Assembly: GCA_010093705.1 (NCBI GenBank)
Contig: MU006089.1
Location: forward strand, 3,250,061 to 3,314,060
Length of the DNA: 64,000 bases
DNA from: Patellaria atrata CBS 101060
Taxonomy: Eukaryota
Direction: 5' to 3'
Below the pieces are notes generated by a model that saw nothing but the letters and a program-made list of their open reading frames with translations, searched no databases and was not told the origin of the DNA. The position numbers and the translations under genes were made by a program. Of the stretch, positions 61,969 to 64,000 are shown one piece after another (position 1 is the first letter of the stretch; each line of letters begins with the position of its first letter).

Positions 61969-63729
61969 TCATCGCTCCCTGAGACTCTCCCCCTGCGCCT
62001 CCCTCATACGCTCCGCGACGCTCCCCTGGCGCGCCACCTCCTCATAGCTCGGAATAGGTGGCTCATCCGGGCCCGGTGTCCTCGTCCTCTGCCTCTCGAC
62101 ATCCCTCTCCCTATCCTCGTCCACAGAGTCCCGATGGAAGCGCAGGAGTCTTTCCCTCTCCGGCGTGCCGTCCGGGGACTCGTACTCAGGCGGGGGAACA
62201 TTGAGGCTTTCGAACTGGACGCCCAAACCCGGCGGTTGACGCTGGTGTGAGGGTGACAGCGAGTGTGTCCGAGGCGGATAGTGTTGCTGCAAGCCGGGAT
62301 GCGGTTCCACAACGGCGCTAGTGCCCTCGCCGACGTCGATGACAGACTCCTCTGTATCGACGAGAGAGAGTTGCGCGAGCGAGATGTCGGTCGGGCTCCT
62401 CTGCGGGCCGGGGGATGTGGGTTGGTTCCTCCCGGTGCGCATCTGGGCGCTGGCGCTCCTCCCGTGGTTGGGCTGCCAGCCTTGCGGGAAGTAGCTTGTA
62501 AAGCCTGCGCCTTCTCTTATGCCTTCGCGGCCGCCTTCGAGGAGGATGCTTCCTTGTTCGCTGCCGTAGGGGGGTGGTGGTGCGAGGGAGCCGGTCATAG
62601 GTGCCAGGCCCCACTTCTTGACGTTCGCTTCGATGAAGACGAAACCCATTTGGCCGAAGTTGACGTGGACTTGGCAAGGACCGTTGGCGCCGACGGTGGG
62701 GAAGAGGTTCTGGGTTTTCAGACCGTGGGCGACGTCTTCGAGTTTCTTACCGTTGCGGGTGAAGAAGACGGTTCCGGTTCGCGGTCGGTAACCTACACCG
62801 ATAACGTCACCTTGAACGAACGCGGGTCCATAGGGAGTGGAATAGAATGGTTGATTATATCGGCGAGCGCCGTGGGATGTGTATGCGACGGAAGTCTTAT
62901 GCCAGCCTGTATTGAAAGTCAGATATCGTTCCCACGTGCTATCGGATGGTCCTCGATTGTGGAAACTTACCAGGTAATCGAAATAGGGGGTACGGTTTCG
63001 TTGACATTCCTATTGATATCATAGTCGATTCCGGCTTCTCGTATATCTTGGCTTCCCAGTAATAGACTTCATTTTGCTTTGGTACCGGTAGATTACTCTG
63101 AACACTGCATTCCGAATCAAAGAATTCTATTTCTGTTCTTCCCTCGACGAAGCAATTCGCAATCTCCAACTCGGGCTCGAACTCCCAAGCTGAAACGCCC
63201 TTCTCTTGTATCGCTAAGAACTGTGATAAGGATATATCTGTCGGTGCGGACTCCGGGGGATTTGCTTGTATAAATGCTATATCGCGTTAGTAATCCATGT
63301 TTAATCAGAGTAACGTATGCCAAGTCCACATATGTGTAGCTGTATGTGCCTACCTTTCGCCCTCAAATATTCCGCCTTTGACATTTCATCCATCTCCTCC
63401 AACGCCTCCGCCTCCTCTTTCGCAAACTGCTGCTCATCATCATATTCCCCAGGTCTCCCAATACTATCCAAAAATATGCGCCCGGGTCGTGTGCATCGGA
63501 AGAACCAAACGAGCGCGAATATTAGGACTACGATGCCCGCGGACCCAAACGCCGATAACATGCCAATCAGTATCCCTCTCCCCGTCCCACCCATATCAAC
63601 CTGTGATATCCTCATTTTATCTGCCGCTGCCAAATTCTGCTGGATGATTATTCTTCTCGCGGTCTGTTGTGGCGATAACGTTGATATGGTGGACAGAGTG
63701 GTTGGGAGGATGACGGCTTGCCGTCCCAT
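61969..63729 (-). CDS. SSH4: SPRY-domain Rsp5 adaptor Ssh4
   Basis: Three exons. N-terminal TM GILIGMLSAFG…, GRPGEYDDEQ, IQEKGVSAWEF, SPRY (YYWEAKI, KPYPLFRLPG, FFTRNG, VNFGQMGFVFIEAN), and PPPY and PPEY motifs. Confidence 0.92.
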
Positions 63730-63878
63730 GGTGTGTAGCTCCTTCCACCTCCGCAAACGTCGAGTTGGTGATCTATCTTCCTGTCGGGTTCTAGTATTGT
63801 GTTGAATCGAGGTCGGAAAGAGGTTTGGTTTCGTTGCTCCGAGTGCTTTGGTGCGGTGTTTCTGTTGTTCGCCGAGGG

Positions 63879-63978
63879 NNNNNNNNNNNNNNNNNNNNNN
63901 NNNNNNNNNNNNNNNNNNNNNNNNNNNNNNNNNNNNNNNNNNNNNNNNNNNNNNNNNNNNNNNNNNNNNNNNNNNNNN
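63879..63978. other. Assembly gap (100 N)
   Basis: Run of N. Confidence 0.99.
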
Positions 63979-64000
63979 GGGTGGTGTTAGGTGACGTTTA

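Overview
Eukaryotic, intron-containing DNA from a filamentous ascomycete (Pezizomycotina-like: mostly ~50-nt GT-AG introns with CTAAC/CTRAY branch points). The window is gene-dense and mostly housekeeping. I can model 22 protein genes: a zf-PARP protein, two uncharacterised probable mitochondrial proteins, an Ifh1/Crf1-like acidic protein, dynein light intermediate chain, SYF2, a Tyr/Ser phosphatase, HSV2, septin CDC11, a PQ-loop protein, BXI1, a BarA/Lag1-type ceramide synthase, a LAMMER kinase, a class-III aminotransferase, SRP19/SEC65, a secreted aspartic protease, DBP6, GPI3, a DUF3455 protein, COY1, a VPS3/TRAP1-like protein and SSH4. An N-gap lies near the end. There is no CRISPR array, intact transposon, intact tRNA/rRNA or secondary-metabolite backbone gene, and I found no novel multi-gene system. 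The strongest unusual signal is a frame-required single-nucleotide exon (T24850) in the PQ-loop gene, flanked by two introns that resemble each other. Also notable are a degenerate tRNA-like element (41877-41973), an apparent frameshift/uORF tangle at the VPS3 start, uORFs before the Ifh1-like gene, an 18-bp minisatellite, RIP-like dinucleotide bias at the left edge, and repeated C-rich to G-rich strand-skew switches. All family assignments come from recognised motifs, not database searches.
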